A stretch of DNA of 64,000 nucleotides from Alphaproteobacteria bacterium (GTDB taxonomy: Bacteria > Pseudomonadota > Alphaproteobacteria > GCA-2731375). The DNA lies in the NCBI GenBank assembly GCA_965225945.1, contig CBDDBZ010000025.1, positions 1 to 64,000 on the forward strand, given 5' to 3'. The notes under the pieces were generated by a model. The model was given only the letters and a program-made list of their open reading frames with translations, was not told the origin of the DNA and did not search any database. The position numbers were made by a program, and so were the translations under genes. Below, one piece after another: positions 53,235 to 63,169 of the stretch (within the stretch, counting starts at the first letter, position 1; every line of letters starts with the position of its first letter).

Positions 53235-53810
53235 ATGAACACCACCACGACCACCGCGCGGCAGCTGAGCCGCGACGAGTTGGAAGCCGGCCTCGCGGCG
53301 GCCGGAGCCTCGCCCCGGGACCGGGGTCGGCTGGACGCGATCGTCATTCGCCCGCAACACGACTCGCGGCAAAGCTTGCGAAGCTCCGAGATCAGCCTGG
53401 CGCGGGGCGTCCACGGCGACCATTGGGAACAGGGCTGCTGGATGTCGACGGACGACGGCGCGCCGCACCCCGACGTGCAGATCTGCATCATGAATTCCCG
53501 GGTGGCCCAGCTCGTGGCTCGGGACCGGGCGCACTGGCCGCTCGCCGGCGACAACCTCTTCGTCGATCTCGACCTGGGGCCGGAGAACCTGCCGCCGGGC
53601 CAGCGCTTGGGCGTCGGGAGCGCGGTGCTCGAGATCAGCCCGGTGCCACACCTCGGCTGCCAAAAGTTCGCCGCGCGCTTCGGTCGCGACGCCGTGCGCT
53701 TCGTCAACTCCGCCGAGGGCAAGGCGCGGCACCTGCGCGGCATTTACGCGCGCGTGGTCCGCGACGGCACCATCGCGGTCGGCGACGTGGTGAGCAAGAT
53801 CGGTGACTAG
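53235..53810 (+). CDS. MOSC-domain protein
   Basis: GDNLFVDLDL, PHLGCQKF, RGIYARVV. Confidence 0.85.
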   Translation: MNTTTTTARQLSRDELEAGLAAAGASPRDRGRLDAIVIRPQHDSRQSLRSSEISLARGVHGDHWEQGCWMSTDDGAPHPDVQICIMNSRVAQLVARDRAHWPLAGDNLFVDLDLGPENLPPGQRLGVGSAVLEISPVPHLGCQKFAARFGRDAVRFVNSAEGKARHLRGIYARVVRDGTIAVGDVVSKIGD

Positions 53811-53897
53811 AGCCGAATCAATCCGGGAAAAAGCACACCGGGGCGAGGCCGAGGGAGCTATTTCTCGATCAACGATGTAGGTCGCCGGCGCCACCAT

Positions 53898-54121
53898 TCA
53901 GATCGAGAAGCCGCCGGTCCTGGTCTCGAGATATTCGAAGATGCCCTCGCGGCTGAACTCGCGGCCGAGACCGCTGTCCTCCATCCCGCCGCGCGAATCG
54001 CCGCCCGCGCCTCCGCCCGGCCACCGTCGGCGACACACCTGATCACCGCGCCGCTCGCGGGGTTGATCACCTCGAAGCCGGCGTCGGCGGGCGCCGTGGC
54101 CCACTTGCCGTCGATGTACAT
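53898..54121 (-). pseudogene. Aldehyde dehydrogenase (SSADH-like) with a large internal deletion
   Basis: N-terminus MYIDGKW...FEVINPA joined out of frame to C-terminus GGMEDSGLGRE...GIFEYLE. Confidence 0.8.
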
Positions 54122-54154
54122 TCTCGCGTTCGCTCTCGCTGTCGCCCCGCCCGT

Positions 54155-55921
54155 CTATTCCGGCAAGCCGGCGCGGCGCATCGCGTCGAGCAGGCGCGTG
54201 CGCGTCTCCGAGTGCATGCTCGCCATCACATTGTCGAAAAAAGCCACCGATATCTCGGGGTCGAGGCGGACCAGGCGCTCCCGCGCCTCCCCGGCCTCCT
54301 CCAGTCGTCCGAGCATCGCGGCACTGGCGGCGTAGAGGGCGTGAGATGCGAGATATCGGGGGTTGCTCGTGAATGCCCGCGCGCCCCAAGTCATGGCATC
54401 CTCGTAACGGGCGGCGGCGAAATGGGCAAGGCAGAGCCCGGACTGCTGTAGGTAGCCGAAGGGATCGTTCGGGCTGAGGCGCATCGCCCGCTCGATGCAC
54501 GCGACCCCCTCGTCCGCCTCGCCCCGCCAGACGTGGACGCGGCCCCGGAATTGCCAGGCGAAGGCGAGATTGGGGTTCGTCTCCAGGGCACGTGTCATCA
54601 GCGAAAGGCACTCGTCCAGCCTGTTCTCGACCAACATCATCCATGTCGCCAGGATCACCTGCCCGAAGGGATCGGCGTTGTCGAGCGCGACCGCCGCCTC
54701 GCTCAGCGCCAACCCCTTGCCCGAGAGTTCTTTCGAGGCTGCCCTGGGGTCGGTGACGTATTCGAGGAGATAGGACCAAGCGGCGGCGGCGTGGGCGGCG
54801 GCGAACCTCGGGTCCAGACGCGTGGCCTGTTCGAGCAGGGCGCGCCCTCGCGCGAAGCCCTCCGGGGTCAAGCCGTGAATGTGCGAAAGGCCTTGGTAAT
54901 AGCAGTCATGGGCGGGCAGGCTGTCGGTGGGCCTGCGCTCGCCCCGGCGGGCTTCGGAGCGGCGAATCTCCGGCTCGATCCGCCCGACGATCGCCTCGGT
55001 GATTTCGTCCTGCAGATCGAACAGGTCGTCGATGCGGCGATCGTAGCGCTCCGCCCACAGGTGCCCGCCGCTCTCGGCCTCGATGAGCTGGGCGTTGATG
55101 CGGATGCGATCCCGGGACTTCCGGACGCTGCCCTCGAGCACGTATCGAACGCCCAGTTCGCGGCCCACTTGTTTGATGTCGACGTTCCGTCCCCGGAAGA
55201 CGAAGGATGAATTGCGGGCGATGACGAAGAGTTGGTGAAAGCACGAGAGGCTGGTGATGATGTCCTCCGCCGTGCCGTCGGCGAAGTATTCCTGTTCCGC
55301 ATCGTCCGACATGTTGGCGAAGGGCAGCACGGCGATCGAGGGTTTCTCCGGCAACGACAGTGATTCGGAATCCGCCGGTGGTGCCGCCGCCGCTTCCGGG
55401 TCCCAGCGCCAGACCCTGATCGGGGTCACGATGTTCTTCAACTCGCGCGGGCCGGTGTCGGTGAAGACGAGATCGACCCTGCCGCCGAGATGCAGGTGCG
55501 CCGCGTCGGAGACCGCGATCCCGCCGACGGGCGCGATCTCTTGCAGGCGGGCCGCGATGTTGACGCCGTCGCCGAGGAGATCGCGTCCCTCGACCACCAC
55601 GTCGCCGAGATTGACGCCGATCCGGATTCGAATGCGCCGGTCCTCCGGCAGGTCGGCGAAGCGGGCCGGAAGCGCGCGCTGAATCTCGGCGGCCGCGGTG
55701 ACCGCGTCGACCACGCTTTCGAACTCGGCCAGCAGCCCGTCGCCCATCAGCTTGACGACGCGGCCCCGATGACGCTTCAGGGCCGGCTCGACCAGTTCCT
55801 TTCGCAGCGCTCGCAAGGCCGATAGCGTTCCGGCCTCGTCGAGGCCGACGAGGCGCGAATAGCCGACGACGTCGGCGGCCAGGATCGCCGCGAGCCTGCG
55901 CCTCGTCGTCCCCTCCGCCAT
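54155..55921 (-). CDS. Class III adenylate/guanylate cyclase with TolB-like and TPR domains
   Basis: AILAADVVGYS, GDG, GDGVNIAARL, PSIAVLPFANMS, TPR helices. Confidence 0.92.
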   Translation of the reverse strand: MAEGTTRRRLAAILAADVVGYSRLVGLDEAGTLSALRALRKELVEPALKRHRGRVVKLMGDGLLAEFESVVDAVTAAAEIQRALPARFADLPEDRRIRIRIGVNLGDVVVEGRDLLGDGVNIAARLQEIAPVGGIAVSDAAHLHLGGRVDLVFTDTGPRELKNIVTPIRVWRWDPEAAAAPPADSESLSLPEKPSIAVLPFANMSDDAEQEYFADGTAEDIITSLSCFHQLFVIARNSSFVFRGRNVDIKQVGRELGVRYVLEGSVRKSRDRIRINAQLIEAESGGHLWAERYDRRIDDLFDLQDEITEAIVGRIEPEIRRSEARRGERRPTDSLPAHDCYYQGLSHIHGLTPEGFARGRALLEQATRLDPRFAAAHAAAAWSYLLEYVTDPRAASKELSGKGLALSEAAVALDNADPFGQVILATWMMLVENRLDECLSLMTRALETNPNLAFAWQFRGRVHVWRGEADEGVACIERAMRLSPNDPFGYLQQSGLCLAHFAAARYEDAMTWGARAFTSNPRYLASHALYAASAAMLGRLEEAGEARERLVRLDPEISVAFFDNVMASMHSETRTRLLDAMRRAGLPE

Positions 55922-57323
55922 GCGCGCCCGTCTCCCGAGGTTTCGCCCGAGGCAAGTTAGCGCACGGAGCATACTGACTCCACCGACCCCGCGTGAAATG
56001 GGTTCGGTTGACCGCACCATCGCGGAACGGAAAAATGCCTTGCCCCGTACAGGAGAGGGACCAACCCGCCCATGACGTCACGCAGCCTTCGCGGCCAGGT
56101 GGCGATCGCCGGCATCGGCGAGACGACCTATTACAAGCACGGCCGCTCGCCCGACCCGGAGTTCAAGCTGGCCCTCATGGCGATCCTGAGGGCGGCCGAG
56201 GACGCCGGGATCGATGCGCGCGAGATCGACGGCTTCGCCTCTTATAGCAACGACCGGAACGAGCCCTCGCGGATCGCCGCGGCGCTGGGCATCAAGGAGC
56301 TGCGCTTCGCCAACATGCAGTGGGGCGGCGGCGGTGGCGGCGGAGCGGCCGCCGTCGGCAACGCGGCCGCCGCCGTGGCGACGGGGCTGGCAAACTGCGT
56401 CGTGGTCTTCCGCGCGCTGGCCCAAGGCCAGTTCGCCCGCTTCGGCCAGGGCTCGCAAAGCCCCACCATCTCCGGCGACAAGGCATACGAAGCGCCCCAT
56501 GGCATGATGTCGCCGGGCCAGCGCTACGCCATGAAGGTGATGCGGTTTTTCGAGGAGCACGCCATTGCGCCCTCGGCGCTGCGCGGCATCGCGCTCGCCT
56601 CCTACCACCACGCGCAATCGAATCCCCGCGCGGTGATGCACGGCCGGCCGCTGGACGAGGCGAGCTACGATGCCTCGCGCTGGATCGTCGAACCGTTCCG
56701 CCTCTACGACTGCTGCCAGGAAAACGACGGCGCCGCCGCGCTGATCGTGGTGCCGGCGGAGCGCGCCCGCGACCTGGCCCACCCGCCCTGTTATTTGCTA
56801 AGCGTCGCCGCCGGCTCCGAGCATCGCTGCGCCGCGCCGAGCCACAACGCGCCCAGCTACGCCAGCGCCAGCTTTACCACCGTGGCCCCGCACCTATACG
56901 CGATGGCGGGCCTCGGAGCGAATGTCGGTGGCGATGAAAAACCGCGCTTAGATGGTGATTTCAGCGACATCGGGCATCGTGGCGCTGTAGCTGCGTGGTT
57001 TGCAGGCGGGAGTTGGCTCGGCGCAGCGGTGGGTAAGTAGCCCGCCGCAGCGACCGCCAAGAGTCTGGCGGCGGCGGGCTGCTTATCCACCGCGGGCGGG
57101 CGTCTCGATTCCTGTTTTGGCTGGCTGGCGGCGGCGGTTCCGCGGACCTGACAAGGGGAGCCGCGGGAGTACACTCGGGCCGCTGAGAACGATGCGGCGC
57201 CGGCCCCGTTTGCTTGCTGGCAACGACCGGCACCGCACCCCCCGAGCCATGCAAGGCACGACCCATATGCGCAGTATCGTGCGGGTTTGGGCGTGGGTCC
57301 ACCCCGTTCTCATCGGCTGCGCG

Positions 57324-57764
57324 ATGAAGAACACCGCCCGCCTGTTCAACTGCGCCTCGTGCCATCAACAGGTGGTTCTCTGCCGGCACTGCGACCACGG
57401 CAACATCTACTGTTCACGGAGCTGCAGCGATCGGGTGCGCCGGCGATCGCAGCGCCATGCCGGGCAGCGCTACCAGAACAGCCGGCGGGGCCGTCACAAG
57501 CATGCTGAGCGCCAGCGGCGCTATCGCGAACGCCGGCGGCGCCGGACGCCGGTGAATCGGCGCCGCGGGCAGGAAGTGACGCATCACCCTTTGACCGCCG
57601 CGCGGCGGCGTCCTGTTGTGGTGCGGACGCCGGCAGGGCGTCCCGGAACACGGCCCTTCGGGCACGAGCGGCCCGCCAGGGTCTTCCGCTGCGATCGCTG
57701 CGGCCGGTTCTGCGGGCAGGCGGTCTATCCGGGGCTGCGCCCGACGGGAAAGGGGGTGAGATGA
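57324..57764 (+). CDS. Cys-rich, Arg-rich putative Zn-finger protein
   Basis: CASC, CRHC, CSRSC, C-terminal CDRC; ATGA overlap with istA. Confidence 0.7.
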   Translation: MKNTARLFNCASCHQQVVLCRHCDHGNIYCSRSCSDRVRRRSQRHAGQRYQNSRRGRHKHAERQRRYRERRRRRTPVNRRRGQEVTHHPLTAARRRPVVVRTPAGRPGTRPFGHERPARVFRCDRCGRFCGQAVYPGLRPTGKGVR

Positions 57765-59264
57765 CCATCGACAAGGAGACCCGCGCGGAGATCCTGCGCC
57801 TGTATCACGTCGAGAAGTGGACGGTCGGCACGATCACACGCCAGCTCGGCGTGCATCGCTACACCGTCGAGCGCCTCCTCACCGCGGCCGGCGAGCCCCG
57901 GGACGCGAGGTCGCCCAGGCCGTCGATGATCGATCCATACGTGCCGTTCATCGCCGAGACGCTGGCATCCTGGCCGACGCTGCCCGCCAGCCGGCTCTAC
58001 CAGATGGTGCGCGAACGCGGCTATCCGGGCGGCGGCGACCACTTCCGTCATCTGCTCAGCCACTTCAGGCCCAGGCCCGTGGCCGAGGCCTATCTGCGCC
58101 TCAAGACCCTTCCCGGCGAGCAGGCCCAGGTCGACTGGGGACACTTCGGCAAGGTGACGATCGGCCGCGCGGAGCGCCGCCTGATGGGCTTCGTGATGGT
58201 TCTCAGCTACTCGCGGCGGATCTTCCTGCGCTTCTACCTCGACGCCGGGATGAGCAACTTCCTGCGCGGCCATGTCGAAGCCTCGAGGCGTGGCAGGGCG
58301 TGCCCCGCGAGCTCTGGTACGACAACCTGAAGAGCGTCGTGCTGGAGCGCCGCGGCGCCGCCATCCGGTTCAATCCCCGGATCCTCGACCTCGCCGGCCA
58401 CTACCACTTCCTGCCCAAGCCCGTCGCGGTCGCGCGCGGCAACGAGAAGGGGCGCGTGGAGCGGGCGATTCGCTATGTCCGGACCAGCTTCTTCGCCGCC
58501 CGCCGGTGGCGCGATATCGACGATCTCAACGCCCAGGCCCTGGCCTGGTGCCACGGCATCGCCGCCGACCGCCCCTGGCCCGAAGACCGCTCGATCACCG
58601 TGCGCGAGGCCTTCGAGCGGGAACGCGGCTCTCTCATCGCGCTGCCCGGCGATCCCTTCCCCGACCACGACCGGGTCGAGGTCGCCATCGGCAAGACCCC
58701 CTACGCCCGCTTCGATCTCAACGATTACAGCGTGCCGCACACCCATGTGCGGCGCACCCTCGTCGTGGTCGCGACGCTCGACGAGGTGCGCATCCTCGAC
58801 GGTGTGGACGTCATCGCCAGCCATCCGCGCAGCTTCGACAAGGCGGCCCGCATCGAGAACCCCGAGCACATCGCCGAGCTGGTCAGGCGCAAGAGCCATG
58901 CCCGCCGCCTTCGCGGCCAGGACCGCTGGTCCAGGCCGCGCCCAACAGCGAGCGCCTGCTCGCCGAGGCCGCCCAGCGCGGCGGCTATATAGGCGCCACC
59001 GTCGCCGCCCTGTTGCGCCTCCTCGACGCCTACGGCGCCGCCGAGCTCGAGGCGGCCATCGACGAGGCCCTGAAGCGGGACGTTCCCCATCCCAACGCCG
59101 TGCGCCTGAGCCTGACCCGGCGGCGCGAGCTGCGGCACCAACCCCCGCCCATCCCCGTCGAACTGCCCGGCGATCCGAGAGTGCGCGACATCACTGTCCG
59201 CGATCACGACCTCGTCGGATACGACGGGCTGGCCGGCGAACCCGAGGAGGACAGCGAGCAATGA
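57761..59264 (+). pseudogene. istA: IS21 transposase IstA with two single-base frameshifts (about 58283 and 58926)
   Basis: [28 protein letters not shown] spread over three frames. Confidence 0.88.
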
Positions 59265-60049
59265 ACGATACCCTCATGGGCCGTGCCCGGGCGCTCGGCC
59301 TGCACGGCCTCGCCGCCCACTGGGGCGAGGTCGCCGGGCATGACTGGCCCGCTGCGCTGGTCGCCTGGGAAGAGGAGGAACGGCGAAGCCGCAGCCTCAA
59401 GCGCCGCCTCGCCGACGCCCGCCTCGGACAGTTCAAGCCGCTCGCCGACTTCGACTGGGCATGGCCGCGCCGCTGCGACCGCATGGCCGTCGAGGATCTC
59501 ATGAGCCTCGAGTTCCTCAACGAGGCCGCCAACGTCGTCCTGGTCGGCCCAAACGGCGTCGGCAAGTCGACCATCGCCGCCAATATCGCCCACCGCGCCG
59601 TCCTCGAGGGCCACACCGTGCGCTTCGCCACCGCGGCCAGCATGCTCGGCGAGCTCGCCGCCCTCGACAGCGACACCCTGCTTCAGCGCAGGCTGCGCTT
59701 CTACGCCCGCCAGCACCTGCTGGTGATCGACGAGGTCGGATACCTGTCCTACAGCAACCGCCATGCCGATCTGCTGTTCAACATCGTCTCCAGCCGCAGC
59801 CAGCAGAACTCCACCATAATCACCACCAACCGGCCCTTCGCCGAGTGGGGTGAGGCCTTCCCCAACGCCGCCTGCCTCGTCGCCCTGGTCGACCGCCTCG
59901 TCCACAACGCCGAGATCATCGCCATCGACGCCGAGTCCTGGCGCCGCAAGGAGGCCGAGGAACGCCAGAAGCAGCGCAGCGCCGAGCGCCGCCGGCGGCG
60001 AGCCGGCAAGGCCGGCGCGCAGGACCGCGGGGAACCGCCGCCGGCGTAG
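59261..60049 (+). CDS. istB: IS21 AAA+ ATPase IstB
   Basis: GPNGVGKS, LLVIDEVGYL, ITTN, DRLVH. Confidence 0.93.
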   Translation: MNDTLMGRARALGLHGLAAHWGEVAGHDWPAALVAWEEEERRSRSLKRRLADARLGQFKPLADFDWAWPRRCDRMAVEDLMSLEFLNEAANVVLVGPNGVGKSTIAANIAHRAVLEGHTVRFATAASMLGELAALDSDTLLQRRLRFYARQHLLVIDEVGYLSYSNRHADLLFNIVSSRSQQNSTIITTNRPFAEWGEAFPNAACLVALVDRLVHNAEIIAIDAESWRRKEAEERQKQRSAERRRRRAGKAGAQDRGEPPPA

Positions 60050-60051
60050 CC

Positions 60052-60942
60052 ATGGATGGTCCCCGCCTCTGGGACCGGCGGGTGCGGGCCGAGGCCCTGC
60101 GAGGCTATCCCCTCGAAGACGTCGTCCGCCGCCTCGGCTACCGCCGCGATCCCACCGATGCCGCGCGCTGGAGGCGTCCCGGATCCGTCGTCAGCATCAA
60201 CGGCTTTATGTTCTACGAACATCTGCGCGGCGGGGGCGGAGCGATCGACCTGGTAATCCATGCCTGCCGGTGCACCGTGCCCGAGGCCCTCGGCTTCTTC
60301 TCGGAACTGCCGTGCCGTGACCGGTTCCCGGCCGATCGCCACCCGAAGCCGCCGTGCCCGGACCGCCACTGGCCCGCCATCCAGAGCTACCTCGTCGAGC
60401 AGCGCGGCCTCGCGGATGTGCTCGTCGCCCTGTGCCGCGACCTCGGCTTGCTCTACGCCGACCGCCACGGCAACGCCGTGTTCGTCCGCCGAAACGCGGC
60501 CGGCGAGGCTCTCGGCGCCGAGATCGTCCCTGCCGCGGCGCCACGCCGCCTCGCGCCGACCGGCGCCGCCGCGCGCGGCGGCTTCTGGATGTCGTGGGAA
60601 CCCGACTGGCCGAACTCCGTCATCCTCGCCAAGAACGCAATCGACGCCCTGTCGGTCCTCTCCCTCCACCTCGTCCCGGCCGGGCGCAAGGGATGCGCCG
60701 TGGTCTCAACCGGCGGCGCCACCGCAAGCCTCCCCGAATGGATCGAGGCCTGGAACCCCGGCCGGATCTTCTGCGCCTACGACGCCACCCGCCAGGGCGA
60801 TGACGCCGCGGCACGGCTCATCCGAAACGACAGCAGGGTCGTCCGCCTGCGCCCTGCCCTCGACGGCCTGGACTGGAACGACATGCTCATGCGCGACCGC
60901 GCCGGCGAACCGCTCCAGATCGATGACCGGCCCCTCGACTGA
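60052..60942 (+). CDS. DUF3991/TOPRIM primase-like protein with degenerate catalytic motifs
   Basis: GGGAIDLVIH, YLVEQRGL, LYADRHGNAVF, KNAIDALS, AYDAT, DWND. Confidence 0.75.
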   Translation: MDGPRLWDRRVRAEALRGYPLEDVVRRLGYRRDPTDAARWRRPGSVVSINGFMFYEHLRGGGGAIDLVIHACRCTVPEALGFFSELPCRDRFPADRHPKPPCPDRHWPAIQSYLVEQRGLADVLVALCRDLGLLYADRHGNAVFVRRNAAGEALGAEIVPAAAPRRLAPTGAAARGGFWMSWEPDWPNSVILAKNAIDALSVLSLHLVPAGRKGCAVVSTGGATASLPEWIEAWNPGRIFCAYDATRQGDDAAARLIRNDSRVVRLRPALDGLDWNDMLMRDRAGEPLQIDDRPLD

Positions 60943-61388
60943 ATAGCCACAGCGCGAAACAAAATCAGCCAAGCCCAAAAGCATCCCGTCAGCCAACCGC
61001 CACCGACCGCTCAAAAAGAGCACCATATAAGCGCACCCTGGAACCACCGCTAACAAGCGAAAGACGTCGATGTGGTGCAGTCTTACGAGAACTTCACCGG
61101 CGGCGTGCTGGTGAGCCTGGTCGAGCACGGCTTTTTCGCGCCAGAGGAAGCCGCCGAGTTCCTGACCAAGGAGAACCTGATCGCGCCGTCGGGCCGCCTG
61201 CCGCTCAACACCAGCGGCGGCAATCTGGCCGAATGCTACATGCACGGGCTGGAGCTACAGTTGGAGGCGATCCGTCAGGTCCGGGGCTCCTCCACCGCGC
61301 AGGTGCCCGACGCCGAGGTCTCCATGGTCTGTTCCGGCCCCCTGGTGAGCCCGGTCAGCAGCCTGATCCTGGGCGCGGAGGCGACGCT

Positions 61389-61841
61389 GTGAGACCTGCG
61401 CCGAAGCGCTATCTCCCGGCCGGCCTGCCGATCCCGGTGGCCGAGGCCGACGGCCTCTCGGCGCCTTATTGGCAGGGCCTGCGCGAGGAAGTGATCCGGG
61501 TGCAGAAGTGCGGCGGCTGCGGCGTGTTGCAATGGGGCCCGGAATGGATCTGCCATCGTTGCCATTGCTTCGATCTCGGTTGGACCGAGGTCCAGGGGCG
61601 GGGGCGGATCTACAGCTGGGAGCGCTCGTGGCATCCGGTGCACCCCGCGCTGAAGGACCACGGACCCTATATCGTCGTGCTGGTGGAACTGACGGGGACG
61701 GGAGGGCTTCGCATGATCGGCAACCTGCTGGGCGATCCCAGGCAAAATGTGCGCGTCGGCTCGCAAGTCGAGGCCGCCTTCGAGCACCATGGCGACGCCG
61801 AGCCACCCCATAGCCTGCTGCAATGGCGCCATGCCGAGTGA
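61389..61841 (+). CDS. DUF35 Zn-ribbon/OB-fold protein (ChsH2-like)
   Basis: CGGC...CHRC, GRGRIYSW, PYIVVLVEL; overlaps the thiolase stop. Confidence 0.88.
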   Translation: MRPAPKRYLPAGLPIPVAEADGLSAPYWQGLREEVIRVQKCGGCGVLQWGPEWICHRCHCFDLGWTEVQGRGRIYSWERSWHPVHPALKDHGPYIVVLVELTGTGGLRMIGNLLGDPRQNVRVGSQVEAAFEHHGDAEPPHSLLQWRHAE

Positions 61842-61857
61842 TAGCCGGGAGGACGAA

Positions 61858-63057
61858 ATGAGCGAACGGACGATCAACGAGCCGAATCTCTGGCGGCTGG
61901 AGACGCCGGGCGCGGCCGGCTGGGAATGGTCGGCGCGGCCGGACGCGGCGCGGAAATATTTCATGGTCTCGAGCGACTGCCACGCCAACGAGCCGGCCGA
62001 TCTCTGGGCGCTACGGATCGAGCCGGCCTATCGCGACCGCATTCCCCGGGTCGAGGTCGACGAGAACGGCGTCCGGTGGCGGGTGAGCGAAGGCCATCGC
62101 CCCGACCGCATCCGCGATCAGAGCTTCGAGGGCGAAGACAAGCTCCGGGCCGCCGCCGGCGCCCTCATCCCCGAGCGGGCGGGGGACCTGAAGCGGGACG
62201 GTATCGACGTCGAGATCATCTTTCCCAACAAGGGCCTCGCCATGTGGGCGACGCCGGATGCGGTGTTCGCCAACGCCCAGTGCCGAGTCTGGAACGACTG
62301 GGCCGCCGAGACCTATGGCAAGCACGATTCGATGGTCCCCGTCGCGGCGATCGCCACCGGCGACCTCGAGGGCGCGATGGGTGAGATCGAGCGCACGGCG
62401 GCGATGGGCTTTTCCATCCTGACGCTTCCCTGCAAGCCGGTCTGGGGCGGCCACGACGTCGAGCACGTCAACTACAACCTGCCACATTTCGATTCCCTCT
62501 GGGCGCTGGTCGAGGAGGTCGACATGACGCTGACCTTCCACGTCTCGACCGGGCGCGATCCGCGCGCCGCGCGCGGCAACGGGGGTGCCGTGATCAACTA
62601 CGTGACCCACTCGCTCGCGCCGACGATCGAGCCGGTGGCGAACCTCTGCGCCTCCGGCGTGCTGGAGCGGTTTCGCAAGCTCCGCTTCGCCACCGTCGAG
62701 GCCGGGATCGGCTGGGTGCCGTGGCTGCTGGACGCCATGGACGAGGCCTACCGCAAGCACCACATGTGGGCGCGGCCCAAACTTCAAGGCCTGCCGAGCG
62801 ACTATTACCGGGCGCACGGCGGCTCGACCTTCCAGGAGGATCCGGCCGGGCTGGGGCTCGCGGTGGCCCACGACCTGGTCGACAATTTCATGTGGGCCAA
62901 CGACTACCCGCACCACGAAAGCACCTGGCCTCATTCGGCCGAGGCGATCGAGCGGACCATGGGGCATCTCGACGACGGCCAGCGGGCCAAGCTCCTGGGC
63001 CTGAACGCGGCCCGTCTGTTCGGCCTCGAGGTGCCGGAGGGCCAGCGCTTGGTTTGA
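61858..63057 (+). CDS. Amidohydrolase_2 family
   Basis: SSDCH, TFH, VEAGIGW, WANDYPH. Confidence 0.9.
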   Translation: MSERTINEPNLWRLETPGAAGWEWSARPDAARKYFMVSSDCHANEPADLWALRIEPAYRDRIPRVEVDENGVRWRVSEGHRPDRIRDQSFEGEDKLRAAAGALIPERAGDLKRDGIDVEIIFPNKGLAMWATPDAVFANAQCRVWNDWAAETYGKHDSMVPVAAIATGDLEGAMGEIERTAAMGFSILTLPCKPVWGGHDVEHVNYNLPHFDSLWALVEEVDMTLTFHVSTGRDPRAARGNGGAVINYVTHSLAPTIEPVANLCASGVLERFRKLRFATVEAGIGWVPWLLDAMDEAYRKHHMWARPKLQGLPSDYYRAHGGSTFQEDPAGLGLAVAHDLVDNFMWANDYPHHESTWPHSAEAIERTMGHLDDGQRAKLLGLNAARLFGLEVPEGQRLV

Positions 63058-63094
63058 CACGGTTCCGCGCCACCCGCCGTCGCGAGCGCGACGA

Positions 63095-63152
63095 AAGATT
63101 CGGGGACACAATACTTAACTTCATGAAGTTAAGTATTGTGTCCCCGAATCTT
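63095..63152. repeat. 58-bp perfect GGGGACAC palindrome
   Basis: AAGATTCGGGGACACAATACTTAACTTCA followed directly by its reverse complement; lies between convergent genes. Confidence 0.9.
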
Positions 63153-63169
63153 GGAATCTTGGCAGGCGT

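Larger units (their letters stand above)
56923..61055 (+). mobile_element. 4133-bp IS21-family element with two passenger genes
   Basis: TGT...ACA ends sharing GCGCTTA.ATGGTG at the same offset; 6-bp TSD AGCGAA (56917-56922, 61056-61061). Confidence 0.92.
56072..61392 (+). pseudogene. SCP-x/Ltp2-type thiolase-fold protein interrupted by the IS21 element
   Basis: VAIAGIGET...DCCQENDG...AGLGA|KDVDVVQSYENF...NTSGGNLAE; rejoins in frame across TSD AGCGAA. Confidence 0.9.

Noticed and set aside
56923-61055. Tn7-like or RNA-guided (CAST) transposon
   Set aside because: No TniQ, TnsA or Cas gene and no array; the TSD is 6 bp and motifs fit IstA/IstB
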